Part shown: positions 35,442 to 49,893 of the stretch, in pieces
Position numbering within the stretch: position 1 is the first letter of the stretch
How the letters are laid out: every line of letters starts with the position of its first letter
DNA from: Nemertoderma westbladi
Taxonomy: Eukaryota > Animalia > Xenacoelomorpha
Length of the DNA: 64,000 nt
Assembly: GCA_032718475.1 (NCBI GenBank)
Contig: JAUCBJ010001654.1
Location: 32,241-96,240, forward strand
Direction of reading: 5' to 3'
The notes under the pieces: model-generated
Told to the model about the DNA's origin: nothing
What the model saw: the letters and a program-made list of their open reading frames with translations, nothing else
The model's database searches: none
Position numbers and translations under genes: made by a program

Positions 35442-38400
35442 GTAGCTATCGTATAAACCCGCTCATCTAGGTTGAATCTATAGAACGTATCTATCGTATA
35501 AACCCGCTCATCTAGGTTGAATCTATAGAACGTAGCTATCGTATAAACCCGCTCATCTAGGTTGAATCTATAGAACGTAGCTATCGTATAAACCCGCTCA
35601 TCTAGGTTGAATCTATAGAACGTATCTATCGTATAAACCCGCTCATCTAGGTTGAATCTATAGAACGTAGCTATCGTATAAACCCGCTCATCTACTGTAG
35701 GTTGAATCTATAGAACGTAGCTATCGTATAAACCCGCTCATCTAGGTTGAATCTATAGAACGTAGCTATCGTATAAACCCGCTCATCTAGGTTGAATCTA
35801 TAGAACGCAGCTATCGTATAAACCCGCTCATCTAGGTTGAATCTATAGAACGTAGCTATCGTATAAACCCGCTCATCTAGGTTGAATCTATAGAACGTAG
35901 CTATCGTATAAACCCGCTCATCTAGGTTGAATCTATAGAACGTAGCTATCGTATAAACCCGCTCATCTAGGTTGAATCTAGAACGTAGCTATCGTATAAA
36001 CCCGCTCATCTAGGTTGAATCTATAGAACGTATCTATCGTATAAACCCGCTCATCTAGGTTGAATCTATAGAACGTAGCTATCGTATAAACCCGCTCATC
36101 TACTGTAGGTTGAATCTATAGAACGTAGCTATCGTATAAACCCGCTCATCTAGGTTGAATCTATAGAACGTAGCTATCGTATAAACCCGCTCATCTAGGT
36201 TGAATCTATAGAACGTAGCTATCGTATAAACCCGCTCATCTAGGTTGAATCTATAGAACGTAGCTATCGTATAAACCCGCTCATCTAGGTTGAATCTATA
36301 GAACGTATCTATCGTATAAACCCGCTCATCTAGGTTGAATCTATAGAACGTAGCTATCGTATAAACCCGCTCATCTACTGTAGGTTGAATCTATAGAACG
36401 TAGCTATCGTATAAACCCGCTCATCTAGGTTGAATCTATAGAACGTAGCTATCGTATAAACCCGCTCATCTAGGTTGAATCTATAGAACGTAGCTATCGT
36501 ATAAACCCGCTCATCTACTGTAGGTTGAATCTATAGAACGTAGCTATCGTATAAACCCGCTCATCTAGGTTGAATCTATAGAACGTAGCTATCGTATAAA
36601 CCCGCTCATCTAGGTTGAATCTATAGAACGTAGCTATCGTATAAACCCGCTCATCTAGGTTGAATATAGAACGTAGCTATCGTATAAACCCGCTCATCTA
36701 GGTTGAATCTATAGAACGTATCTATCGTATAAACCCGCTCATCTAGGTTGAATCTATAGAACGTAGCTATCGTATAAACCCGCTCATCTACTGTAGGTTG
36801 AATCTATAGAACGTAGCTATCGTATAAACCCGCTCATCTAGGTTGAATCTATAGAACGTAGCTATCGTATAAACCCGCTCATCTAGGTTGAATCTATAGA
36901 ACGTAGCTATCGTATAAACCCGCTCATCTAGGTTGAATCTATAGAACGTAGCTATCGTATAAACCCGCTCATCTAGGTTGAATCTATAGAACGTAGCTAT
37001 CGTATAAACCCGCTCATCTAGGTTGAATCTATAGAACGTAGTTATCGTATAAACCCGCTCATCTAGGTTGAATCTATAGAACGTAGCTATCGTATAAACC
37101 CGCTCATCTAGGTTGAATCTAGAACGTAGCTATCGTATAAACCCGCTCATCTAGGTTGAATCTAGAACGTAGCTATCGTATAAACCCGCTCATCTAGGTT
37201 GAATCTATAGAACGTAGCTATCGTATAAACCCGCTCATCTAGGTTGAATCTATAGAACGTAGCTATCGTATAAACCCGCTCATCTAGGTTGAATCTATAG
37301 AACGTATCTATCGTATAAACCCGCTCATCTAGGTTGAATCTATAGAACGTAGCTATCATATAAACCCGCTCATCTAGGTTGAATCTAGAACGTAGCTATC
37401 GTATAAACCCGCTCATCTAGGTTGAATCTATAGAACGTAGCTATCGTATAAACCCGCTCATCTAGGTTGAATCTATAGAACGTAGCTATCGTATAAACCC
37501 GCTCATCTAGGTTGAATCTAGAACGTAGCTATCATATAAACCCGCTCATCTAGGTTGAATCTAGAACGTAGCTATCGTATAAACCCGCTCATCTAGGTTG
37601 AATCTAGAACGTAGCTATCGTATAAACCCGCTCATCTAGGTTGAATCTATAGAACGTAGCTATCGTATAAACCCGCTCATCTAGGTTGAATCTATAGAAC
37701 GTATCTATCGTATAAACCCGCTCATCTAGGTTGAATCTATAGAACGTAGCTATCGTATAAACCCGCTCATCTAGGTTGAATCTATAGAACGTAGCTATCG
37801 TATAAACCCGCTCATCTAGGTTGAATCTATAGAACGTAGCTATCGTATAAACCCGCTCATCTAGGTTGAATCTATAGAACGTAGCTATCGTATAAACCCG
37901 CTCATCTAGGTTGAATCTATAGAACGTAGCTATCGTATAAACCCGCTCATCTAGGTTGAATCTATAGAACGTAGCTATCGTATAAACCCGCTCATCTAGG
38001 TTGAATCTATAGAACGTAGCTATCGTATAAACCCGCTCATCTAGGTTGAATCTATAGAACGTAGCTATCGTATAAACCCGCTCATCTAGGTTGAATCTAT
38101 AGAACGTATCTATCGTATAAACCCGCTCATCTAGGTTGAATCTATAGAACGTAGCTATCGTATAAACCCGCTCATCTAGGTTGAATCTAGAACGTAGCTA
38201 TCGTATAAACCCGCTCATCTAGGTTGAATCTATAGAACGTAGCTATCGTATAAACCCGCTCATCTAGGTTGAATCTATAGAACGTATCTATCGTATAAAC
38301 CCGCTCATCTAGGTTGAATCTATAGAACGTAGCTATCGTATAAACCCGCTCATCTAGGTTGAATCTATAGAACGTAGCTATCGTATAAACCCGCTCATCT

Positions 38401-39662
38401 AGGTTGAATCTATAGAACGTAGCTATCGTATAAACCCGCTCATCTAGGTTGAATCTATAGAACGTAGCTATCGTATAAACCCGCTCATCTAGGTTGAATC
38501 TATAGAACGTAGCTATCGTATAAACCCGCTCATCTAGGTTGAATCTATAGAACGTAGCTATCGTATAAACCCGCTCATCTAGGTTGAATCTATAGAACGT
38601 AGCTATCGTATAAACCCGCTCATCTAGGTTGAATCTATAGAACGTAGCTATCGTATAAACCCGCTCATCTAGGTTGAATCTATAGAACGTATCTATCGTA
38701 TAAACCCGCTCATCTAGGTTGAATCTATAGAACGTAGCTATCGTATAAACCCGCTCATCTAGGTTGAATCTATAGAACGTAGCTATCGTATAAACCCGCT
38801 CATCTAGGTTGAATCTATAGAACGTATCTATCGTATAAACCCGCTCATCTAGGTTGAATCTATAGAACGTAGCTATCGTATAAACCCGCTCATCTAGGTT
38901 GAATCTATAGAACGCAGCTATCGTATAAACCCGCTCATCTAGGTTGAATCTATAGAACGTAGCTATCGTATAAACCCGCTCATCTAGGTTGAATCTATAG
39001 AACGTATCTATCGTATAAACCCGCTCATCTAGGTTGAATCTATAGAACGTAGCTATCGTATAAACCCGCTCATCTAGGTTGAATCTATAGAACGTAGCTA
39101 TCGTATAAACCCGCTCATCTAGGTTGAATCTATAGAACGTAGCTATCATATAAACCCGCTCATCTAGGTTGAATCTATAGAACGTAGCTATCGTATAAAC
39201 CCGCTCATCTAGGTTGAATCTATAGAACGCAGCTATCGTATAAACCCGCTCATCTAGGTTGAATCTATAGAACGTAGCTATCGTATAAACCCGCTCATCT
39301 AGGTTGAATCTATAGAACGTAGCTATCGTATAAACCCGCTCATCTAGGTTGAATCTATAGAACGTAGCTATCGTATAAACCCGCTCATCTAGGTTGAATC
39401 TATAGAACGTAGCTATCGTATAAACCCGCTCATCTAGGTTGAATCTATAGAACGTAGCTATCGTATAAACCCGCTCATCTAGGTTGAATCTATAGAACGT
39501 AGCTATCGTATAAACCCGCTCATCTAGGTTGAATCTATAGAACGTAGCTATCGTATAAACCCGCTCATCTAGGTTGAATCTATAGAACGTAGCTATCGTA
39601 TAAACCCGCTCATCTAGGTTGAATCTATAGAACGTAGTTATCGTATAAACCCGCTCATCTAG
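35442..39662. repeat. Satellite 2: ~94 copies of a 45-bp monomer
   Basis: Highly homogeneous tagctatcgtataaacccgctcatctaggttgaatctatagaacg; some -2 bp and +5 bp variants. Confidence 0.99.
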
Positions 39663-40807
39663 CTTCAAGCTGTCATCATAACTAGCGATGTAGTAGTGCG
39701 AACGGTGCCTAACTTAGTAGTATTCCGTAAACACTATGTGATTGATTGACACTTTTATTAAATAATGTTACTGGTTGCCCTCTAGCCACGATCTATAAAC
39801 TGTATTTCAGCTTGAAATCAACTTGTTTATATTTTCATTCAGCTCCTACTATAAACTGTATCAGCTATTAGTTGCTTAACGTCATGTGCAGCTGCTCTTA
39901 AAACAGGCTGCTAATACTAGATCGGGCTTAAATTAATTATTTACAGTGCAGTGTGAGTGTGGTAACTAGAATTAATTGCATATGAATCGGATCCATTCTT
40001 AACATTACAACAATAATTATAATAATTAAGCGATAAGTTGAGATAATGTAACAATATCAGCCACGTCCATTAATTGTATGAAAATGCACTATTCACTGGC
40101 ACTAAACCTCCCTCGCTGCGCTCGGTCTACACATATATACTCGGGCCATAGTGCTGAATGGAATACTTTATAAACAGTGACGTTATTCCTGCTCAACATG
40201 CTTTAAATATGGTGTCTGTTTATAGTCTTGGAAGTAGTTTAAAACCAATTTGTAAAGTAAAACTCTCAGTTTTACTGTGTAATAATATTTATTATATATC
40301 TATATTATATTATAATAATATTTATTATTACTGAGTAATAATTAATTTATGTTTGACATACATTAGATAACTGGTAATCGATTATCACCTTGATATGTTA
40401 TTGACGCTATAATAGTTTGCATTGCAGCTTCGCCAAAATAAATTATAATTTAATCTCATATATTTTCCTATGCAATTAATAATGTGATTCTTTGTTTAAA
40501 TTAAATAAAGTGAATGTATTTATTTATTATGCATTCGGATTTTGCTATCTTCTGGGTTTACAATTATTGTTATGTGCTATTGTTATTTATTTTAGATATT
40601 TATGCGGCATTCGTATCAGTTATGAATAATAAACATTATATACCGGTACATACGTAAATATACACATTCCGAGACAGACTATTATTTTCACTCGTTTATA
40701 ATACGAGACTGTGGGCGACAGGTAACACTCGTGTGAACGGTAACCCTGGTTACATTCAGAGCGCGCAAGGTCCGCTTTATACCTCACATTGTATTACCGG
40801 TACTGTG

Positions 40808-41897
40808 GGGCGAGCCACGAAGTGAGTGAGCCTTAGCGTAGTGGTACCATTAATCAACCTGTCGTTCTGTCGCGTCCAATTTTAAACGTTAATAACTCAG
40901 CCAATCTTTGATGAAATCTATCCAAACTTGGTACACATGTTGTTTGGCAAAAGTTTAGAAATTTTCCAAGTAGAATTTCCGTGTGGCCTTCGAGAAGCTA
41001 AGATAATAGCAGTTAATTAGTTAATTAAGTTGATTACGGTAAAAAAACCATTTTCAACCTGCCTTTTAAAGGAAATTAATTGTTTTACAGTATAAGATTT
41101 AAATAATTATACTTAAAAATTATACAGATGTAATCCACATACGCCATTCTATTATAGTTTTTAATTAGTTCAAGTGATTTGCTTTATTAATTGTGTCTTT
41201 AATTGATCTAAAGTAATTAAAACGTCATAAAAAAGTTGTGTTGTGGCTGTAGACTAACCAGAGAGGAATTGTACTGTAATAGGCAACCAGTATTGCTATT
41301 CCAGCCCAGACATCATTCTTGAAATCCAACATCCCAACATCCTTCCTGTATTGACTCTACTGTAAGTGTTGTATTGCTATCTCAGGTAAATGACAGATAT
41401 AATAACATAAATACAATCCATGGCATGGCTGTTGTGTAGGCTTCTGAAATAGTTTATTCCACAATGTATATGTCTGGTTATTTTTTAATTGAATTTTTGC
41501 AAAGTAGTAAAATTAATGTTCTTAAAAATAATATTATTATTTTATATGTAACCTAGGAAATTAGCTACATTTTTTCGCTGCAGCTTTAAGAGTGTACATT
41601 GATTTAATATTATTTCAATACCCATATTACTACATCGGCATAAGATGCGTTGGCGTTGTATCACACATCTCCACATATCACACATCTCCACATAGATGTA
41701 TCAACAGTTACTCGCACAGTTTCGAAACTTCGCATAGTTATAACTGTATAAAGATCGTCAGTCTGCGTTTAGGAAAAATATTTTATGACAAAACAGGACA
41801 AGCGACGAGCGCAACGAGGCATATAATGAAGACGAGTACTGCGTTGACTAAATTGTTATATAAACCACCTGGCTTCACATATTGATCGCATCCCTAG
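40808..41897 (+). mobile_element. Probable non-autonomous Helitron/Helentron-type element
   Basis: Starts gggcgagccacgaagtgagtgagcc, contains aataactcagccaatctttgatgaaatctatccaaacttggtacac (resembles Helentron-associated elements) and ends CTAG before a T-rich flank; no TSD. Based on resemblance only. Confidence 0.4.
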
Positions 41898-44800
41898 TTA
41901 TTATTATTATAAAGATCGTCCTAGCCTGCGTTTAAGAAATATATTTAAATACAAAACAGGACGAACGCGAAGAGGCTTATAATTAAAACGAGTACTGCGT
42001 TTATTATATTCCTATAAACCACCTGGCTTTGCATATTTAACGTGCGATTGGAAATAAGTTCGTGCTACCCTTCCGTGGGTGGTAGATGTCGCGGTTATGT
42101 ATTGGTGGGAGGGGGGGGGGGATGTGCAGATTAAAAGGGGTGAACACGTACTGTCCCCCTTTCTTTGATTAATTGGTGGTGTGGGTTAATATCTCATAAC
42201 CTGATTTTGTGATACAGTCGTACAATTTTAATTTGTATCTCATAACTGGGCCTCGTGCTGCGCGAAGGCCCCATGAACGTGTAATAAAGGTTGCCATTCA
42301 TATAAATTATCGCATAGTATTCGTGGTTGGAATAAGTAGACTCGTTCTGCTCCTTAACGTGCTGCGCGAAGGCGCCATTCAATACAACTTTGCCGAATTT
42401 GTAAACCTTTGATTGACTTTGACATGTATTGTATACCTAGTTGTTTAAATCTCATCTAAGAGGTTCAATTACTGAGATATATATTTGCGTTCAAAAATTC
42501 CCGAAATACCATAGTTACACCACACTTGAGTTACACTGGAGTAACCATAGTTACACACCACACTTGAGTTACACACCACACTTGAGTTACACACGACACT
42601 TGAGTTACACTGGTGTAACCATAGTTACACACCACACTTGAGTTACACAAGTGTAACCATAGTTACACTCCACACTTGAGTTACACAAGTGTAACCATAG
42701 TTACACTCCACACTTGAGTTACACTGGTGTAACCATAGTTTCACACCACACTTGAGTTACACACCACACTTGAGTTACACAAGTGTAACCATAGTTACAC
42801 ACCACACTTGAGTTACACGGGTGTAACCATAGTTACACACCACACTTGAGTTACACAAGTGTAACCATAGTTACACACCACACTTGAGTTACACAAGTGT
42901 AACCATAGTTACACTCCACACTTGAGTTACACTGGTGTAACCATAGTTTCACACCACACTTGAGTTACACAAGTGTAACCATAGTTACACACCACACTTG
43001 AGTTACACGGGTGTAACCATAGTTACACACCACACTTGAGTTACACGGGTGTAACCATAGTTTCACACCACACTTGAGTTACACTGGTGTTTAACCATAG
43101 TTACACACCACACCTGAGTTACACACCACACTTGAGTTACACTGGTGTAACCATAGTTACACACCACACTTGAGTTACACAAGTGTAACCATAGTTACAC
43201 TCCACACTTGAGTTACACAAGTGTAACCATAGTTACACTCCACACTTGAGTTACACTGGTGTAACCATAGTTTCACACCACACTTGAGTTACACACCACA
43301 CTTGAGTTACACAAGTGTAACCATAGTTACACACCACACTTGAGTTACACTGGTGTAACCATAGTTACACACCACACTTGAGTTACACAAGTGTAACCAT
43401 CGTTACACACCACACTTGAGTTACACAAGTGTAACCATAGTTACACTCCACACTTGAGTTACACTGGTGTAACCATAGTTTCACACCACACTTGAGTTAC
43501 ACACCACACTTGAGTTACACAAGTGTAACCATAGTTACACACCACACTTGAGTTACACGGGTGTAACCATAGTTTCACACCACACTTGAGTTACACACCA
43601 CACTTGAGTTACACAAGTGTAACCATAGTTACACACCACACTTGAGTTACACTGGTGTAACCATAGTTACACACCACACTTGAGTTACACAAGTGTAACC
43701 ATAGTTACACACCACACTTGAGTTACACAAGTGTAACCATAGTTACACTCCACACTTGAGTTACACTGGTGTAACCATAGTTTCGCACCACACTTGAGTT
43801 ACACACCACACTTGATTTACACAAGTGTAACCATAGTTACACACCACACTTGAGTTACACGGGTGTAACCATAGTTACACACCACACTTGAGTTACACTG
43901 GTGTTTAACCATAGTTACACACCACACTTGCGTTAAACAAGTGTATCCATAGTTACACCCATCACTTGAGTTACACAAGTGTAACCATAGTTACACCACA
44001 CTTGAGTTACACTGGTGTAACCATAGTTACACACCACACTTGAGTTGCACTGGTGTAACCATAGTTACACACCACACTTGCGTTAAACAAGTGTATCCAT
44101 AGTTACACATGTGTAACCATAGTTAAACCCATCACTTGAGTTACACAAGTGTAACCATAGTTACACCACACTTGAGTTACACTGGTGTAACCATAGTTAC
44201 ACCACACTTGAGTTAGACTGGTGTAACCATAGTTACACACCACACTTAAGTTAAACAAGTGTAACCACAGTTACACACAACTCTTGAGTTACACTGGTGT
44301 AATCATAGTTACACACAACACTTGCGTTAAACAAGTGTATCCATAGTTACACCCATCACTTGAGTTACACAAGTGTAACCATAGTTACACCACACTTGAG
44401 TTACACTGGTGTAACCATAGTTACACACCACACTTGAGTTGCACTGGTGTAACCATAGTTACACACCACACTTGCGTTAAACAAGTGTATCCATAGTTAC
44501 ACATGTGTAACCATAGTTACACCCATCACTTGAGTTACACAAGTGTAACCATAGTTACACCACACTTGAGTTACACTGGTGTAACCATAGTTACACCACA
44601 CTTGAGTTAGACTGGTGTAACCATAGTTTCACACCACACTTGAGTTACACAAGTGTAACCATAGTTACACACCACACTTGAGTTACACGGGTGTGACCAT
44701 AGTTACACACCACACTTGAGTAACACTGGTGTTTAACCATAGTTACACACCACACTTGCGTTAAACAAGTGTATCCATAGTTACACCCATCACTTGAGTT

Positions 44801-46093
44801 ACACAAGTGTAACCATAGTTACACCACACTTGAGTTACACTGGTGTAACCATAGTTACACACCACACTTGAGTTGCACTGGTGTAACCATAGTTACACAC
44901 CACACTTGCGTTACACTGGTGTTTAACCATAGTTACACACCACACTTGAGTTACACACCACACTTGAGTTACACACCACACTTGAGTTACACTGGTGTAA
45001 CCATAGTTACACACCACACTTGAGTTACACTGGTGTAACCATAGTTACACACCACACTTGAGTTACACAAGTGTAACCATAGTTACACTCCACACTTGAG
45101 TTACACAAGTGTAACCATAGTTACACTCCACACTTGAGTTACACTGGTGTAACCATAGTTTCACACCACACTTGAGTTACACACCACACTTGAGTTACAC
45201 AAGTGTAACCATAGTTACACACCACACTTGAGTTACACTGGTGTAACCATAGTTACACCACACTTGAGTTAGACTGATGTAACCATAGTTACACACCACA
45301 CTTGAGTTAAACAAGTGTAACCACAGTTACACACCACACTTGAGTTACACTGGTGTAACCATAGTTACACACAACTCTTGAGTTACACTGGTGTAATCAT
45401 AGTTACACCCGACACTTGAGTTACACAAGCGTAACCATAGTTACACCCGACACTTGAGTTACACAAATATAACCATAGTTACTACACCCAATACTTGAGT
45501 TACACAATTGTAACCATAGTTACACCCAACACTTGAGTTACACAAGCGCAACCATAGTTACAACCCGACACTTGAGTTACATAAGCGTAACCATAGTTAC
45601 ACCCAACACTTGAGTTACACAAGCGCAACCATAGTTACAACCCGACACTTGAGTTACACAAGCGCAACCATAGTTCGAACCCGACACTTGAGTTACACAA
45701 GTGTAACCATAGTTACGCCCAACACGAGTTACACAAGCGCAACCATAGTTACACCCGACGCTTCAGTTACACAGGCGTAACCATAGTTACACCCAACACT
45801 TGAGCTACACAAGTGTAACCATAGTTACACCTAACACTTGAGTTACACAAGCGCGACCATAGTTAGAACCCGACACTTGAGTTACACAAGTGTAACCATA
45901 GTTACACCCGACACTTGAGTTACACAAGTGTAACCATAGTTACACCCGACACTTAAGTTACACAAGCGTAACCATAGTTACACCCAACACTTGAGTTACA
46001 CAAGTGTAACCATAGTTACACCCGACACTTGAGTTACACAAGCGTAACCATAGTTACACCCGACACTTGAGTTACACAAGTGTAACCATAGTT

Positions 46094-46204
46094 TAAAATA
46101 ATATACCACTGAAGACGCGCGGGAGGCGTGAAATAGCTATATGGTAAACTAACAATATTTTATATTAGCCGTGGCTCAAGACCCTTACTCGTCATTAATT
46201 TTTA
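46094..46204 (+). mobile_element. 111-bp insertion, probable truncated Penelope-like element terminus
   Basis: Non-satellite sequence flanked by an 11-bp duplication taaccatagtt (46083-46093, 46205-46215) and containing the hammerhead motif. Confidence 0.65.
46104..46146 (+). ncRNA. Minimal type I hammerhead ribozyme motif (Penelope-like-element type)
   Basis: Stem I tacca/tggta; core CTGAAGA (46109-46115) plus one extra C; stem II gcgc/gcgt with loop gggag; GAAA (46130-46133); palindromic stem III atagctat; cleavage triplet AUA, cutting after 46141. Confidence 0.7.
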
Positions 46205-47969
46205 TAACCATAGTTATACCCGACACTTGAGGTACACAAATATAACCATAGTTACACCCAATACTTGAGTTACACAAGTGTAACCATAGTTACACCCAAC
46301 ACTTGAGTTACGCAAGCGCAACCCCGACACTTGAGTTACACAAGCCCAACCATAGTTAGAACCCGACACTTGAGTTACACAAGCGTAACCATAGTTACGC
46401 CCGACTCTTGAGTTACACAAGCGTAATCATAGTTACACCCAACACTTGAGTTATACAAGTGTAACCATAGTTACACCCGACACTTGAGTTACACAAGCGT
46501 AACCATAGTTACACCCGACACTTGAGTTACACAAGTGTAACCATAGTTACACCCAACACTTGAGTTACACAAGCGCAACCCCGACACTTGAGTTACACAA
46601 GCGCAACCATAGTTAAAACCCGAAACTTGAGTTACAAAGTGTAACCATAGTTACACCCGACACTTAGTTACACATGCGTAACCATAGTTACACCCAACAC
46701 TTGAGCTACACAAGTGTAACCATAGTTACATGTAACACTTTGAATGTTAAGTGTATTATTATGTATGTTTAGTGATTTTTTCCTATTGATGGAAAGCCTG
46801 ACATTAGCAGTACTTAATGTACTGAATGTACCGACATTAGTACCAAAATTTGTACGATTTGGATGATGATCTTGTAGCTAACATAATTTTCTTAATTACC
46901 CTGTGAATTCTCTCAACCATTCTATTTGACTGAGGGTAGCGAACGGATATTTTTCTACTAAGTTACAGCCAATCGTAGCGAGGTATTTCTTAAACTCATG
47001 GGACCGAAATTCTTCTGCATTGTCAGAAACTAATGAACGTGGTAGCCAAACCTGGCAAAGATTTCATCATAAGTTCTCGACAAACCGCTTTCAGGGAAGA
47101 GTTCATTGTATCAAAATTATCATAAGGTGAAACTTGGGGTCTATCTTCCCGGTATAGTAAATATGAATGAAGAAGTTTTTATTACGGTACCTTACGGTCA
47201 TCTACAGAGACTATGAAATAATAAAGATATGTAAATACTAAATTTGAAACAATGCAAATACTGGCAGTTCACCTTATGATAATAACGATTTCATCCAGCT
47301 TCATAATGACTTGCAGTTTTGGAATTATGAACTGGGGTTCCCTCGATGTATCGTGAACCATAATCGACTAGTGTTAAACACTTAACACCTTCTATAAAGC
47401 ACACAGTCTATTGCAATGCGTTCCCAGGGATGAATAATCGGATTGTTTAAAACTCTGAGTTGGTAAAGGGTCATGGGCTAGCTGACAGTTGTAACACGAT
47501 GAAACTAACAATTGTGCAGATTTAGCCATTCCAGGCCATCAAACGTTAGCAACCAGTAATTCTGTCATTTTATTTATCCCAGGATGCCCTTCATGGGCCA
47601 ATTTCAAAATCAAGGGTCGCAGGGACAGTGGTACAACCAACTGTGTACTCTTCATCAATACTGATGAATCTCCTACCTCTATCACAGACATCATCCATAC
47701 CGGATCATACTACAAATAATATTTATTACGTGTGTGAATTGATTTTGCTCAAATTACTTGCAAACCCTTTCTACTTCGATGCTCTTTCAATACATGTAAT
47801 AATATTTAAGAAATTCAACAAAAAAATTTAACATCGCATCTACCAGACATCTACCTCGCTATGTTTTTTTATTTTTAACTCTTCCTATAACAGTATAAGT
47901 ACATATTATAGATGAGAGAAAATAGAATGAAAAAATGAAAAAAATCATACATACAGTATTATTATTAAT

Positions 47970-49095
47970 CATTGTCCCGCCTGAGGTCTTTAAAAAACCT
48001 GAGTGTTTGGAGCTAATTTTTTCCCATAGTACATTAGACATGTACAGAACGACAAGAATCCCACAAGAAATGAAAACAAATAAGTTGGTGCCAGTTCCCA
48101 AGAAGGGCAACCTAACACTCTATGGTTCTTTTCGGGGAATCTCATTGATCTCGATTGCTGCAAAGTTATAGAATTCTATTAAATTGCATTAGGGATCCCA
48201 TTGAGTGACTGCTCTGTGGAAATCAGAATGGGTTCCATAAAGGTCGTGGGACCATGGAGCCCATTTTGGCACTTAGAAGGATAATCGAAGAGTTATCAAA
48301 AAAGAAAGACAAACATCTGGCATCTGGCTGTTATCTTTGTTGACTTCTTCAAGACCTTTGATTCAGTCTCTCGCTCACGTATGTTCAGCATACTTTCAAT
48401 ATATGGGATTCCTGATGAAATTATTGCAGCAATCAGATCAGTATATTATGGTCTACATGTGTGTCTACTGTTGATGGTGACACTGAACCATGCGAAGTTT
48501 TATAGGGAGTCTTCCAGGGAGACGCACCATTCTTAATCATAATTGTGGTTGACTATGTTCTACGCATGTCGTTAGATCATCATAATGATGATGGGATGGT
48601 ACCTCCACCTACTGGCTCCAGAAGTCGAGGAAATCCTGCCAAGTACCTAACTGATCTAGACTTTGCTGATGACTTAGGAGTACTCTCAGAATCACTAGAA
48701 GAAGCCCAACGGCTCCTCAGCCCATTAGAACAGGCTGCTTCTAGTGTTTGTCTTTTTGTTAACTCCAGAACGACGAATATTTTGATAGTTAAATTTGAAA
48801 GTCCTCAGCAAATCTCTGATCGGATGAGCATAAGCTCAAATGATGGTATGCTTAGCATGTGGACGACTTCAGTTACTGGGATCACGGATCCGGAACTAGG
48901 TGAGGACCTTCATATGCGTAAGGGAAAGGCATGGGAAGCCTTGAATAGGCTTTCCGGGATTTGGAAGTCACACAGAAGAAATACATCGGAAACTTAAGGC
49001 CCGATTGTTCAGTTGTTCCAGTACTCCTCTATGGGAATCCATGCTGGGCTCTAACTGCTGAGGACACCAAATCTCTGGATGGCACATTCACAATA
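47970..49095 (+). pseudogene. Decayed RTE-clade non-LTR reverse transcriptase
   Basis: Frameshifted motifs LVPVPKKGNL...FRGISLISIAAKL, NQNGFHKGRGT..ILALRRIIE, FVDFFKTFDSVSR, YGIPDEII, GVFQGD, LTDLDFADDL, VPVLLYG..CWALT. Confidence 0.85.
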
Positions 49096-49893
49096 ATATT
49101 TTTTTGTCATACAGTATCTATAAGGCGCTGCTTTAGGTTAACTGTATTTAACCACACTAATCTAACAATAATTACATTTTTTTTTATGGGAGGTTATTAT
49201 CTAGAATTCTAGGTGGTAAAATATTGAAAAAAGTCATACTTGTACCAAAAGCCTCGTATATGGCGATAAGATTATGTCACCACGTTTACATACTAGGCCA
49301 TCCATTAACTAGTTAATTATCCATTTCGTATTACTTTTTGTGTAATTGCTTGTTGTGTAAAAGTTTTATCTGTCGATGCGATTTTGAATTTAATTGGTAC
49401 AACTTGATTAATATATATGGACTGGAGAAGGAAAAAAAAAGAATGCTACCGGTACGCTGGGTTCACTGTAAAAGCTTTTGCGGACATAATAATTCATTTT
49501 ACACAATGCGCTAAATACTCTAAAGGGACTTATAATTGTATACCTACGCGCCTGTCAAGAAACACCGAGTTGGGATGACGAAATCTACCAGCTGTTTCTT
49601 TGTGTGAGAAATGTTCCTTTGTTGACATATCTCAGCCAATCAGAGCGATCTCCCCTTTTGTTTACAGCAGCCTACGGGAGATGACGCAATAGGCAGTTTT
49701 TCCTAGAATCCTACCTCATTCAGGATTCATTCCGAAGTTCTGACGTTTCAGACTTTGCCCTAAACATCAGAGGCTAGAGTCATAAGAACGCAAATCTATG
49801 AACTTATCTCACATCATAACATTGCTTCGTAATTCATACCAACTCAAATCAAACCTACACTGCTTACTGACTCTTTTCACCGCACTGCTTTAA

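Larger units (their letters stand above)
42509..46738. repeat. Satellite 3: ~38-bp dyad-rich monomer with shorter (~17-bp) subunits
   Basis: ccatagttacacaccacacttgagttacacaagtgtaa and variants; interrupted at 46094-46204. Confidence 0.97.

Noticed and set aside
35442-39662. Possible hammerhead in the satellite 2 monomer (minus-strand CTAGATGAG)
   Set aside because: The core is not CUGANGA and there is no GAAA or stem architecture.
38187-39668. 493-aa minus-strand ORF of 15-aa repeats
   Set aside because: Consequence of a stop-free 45-bp monomer; TTG start, no unique flanking domain, and frame-breaking -2/+5 variants elsewhere in the array.
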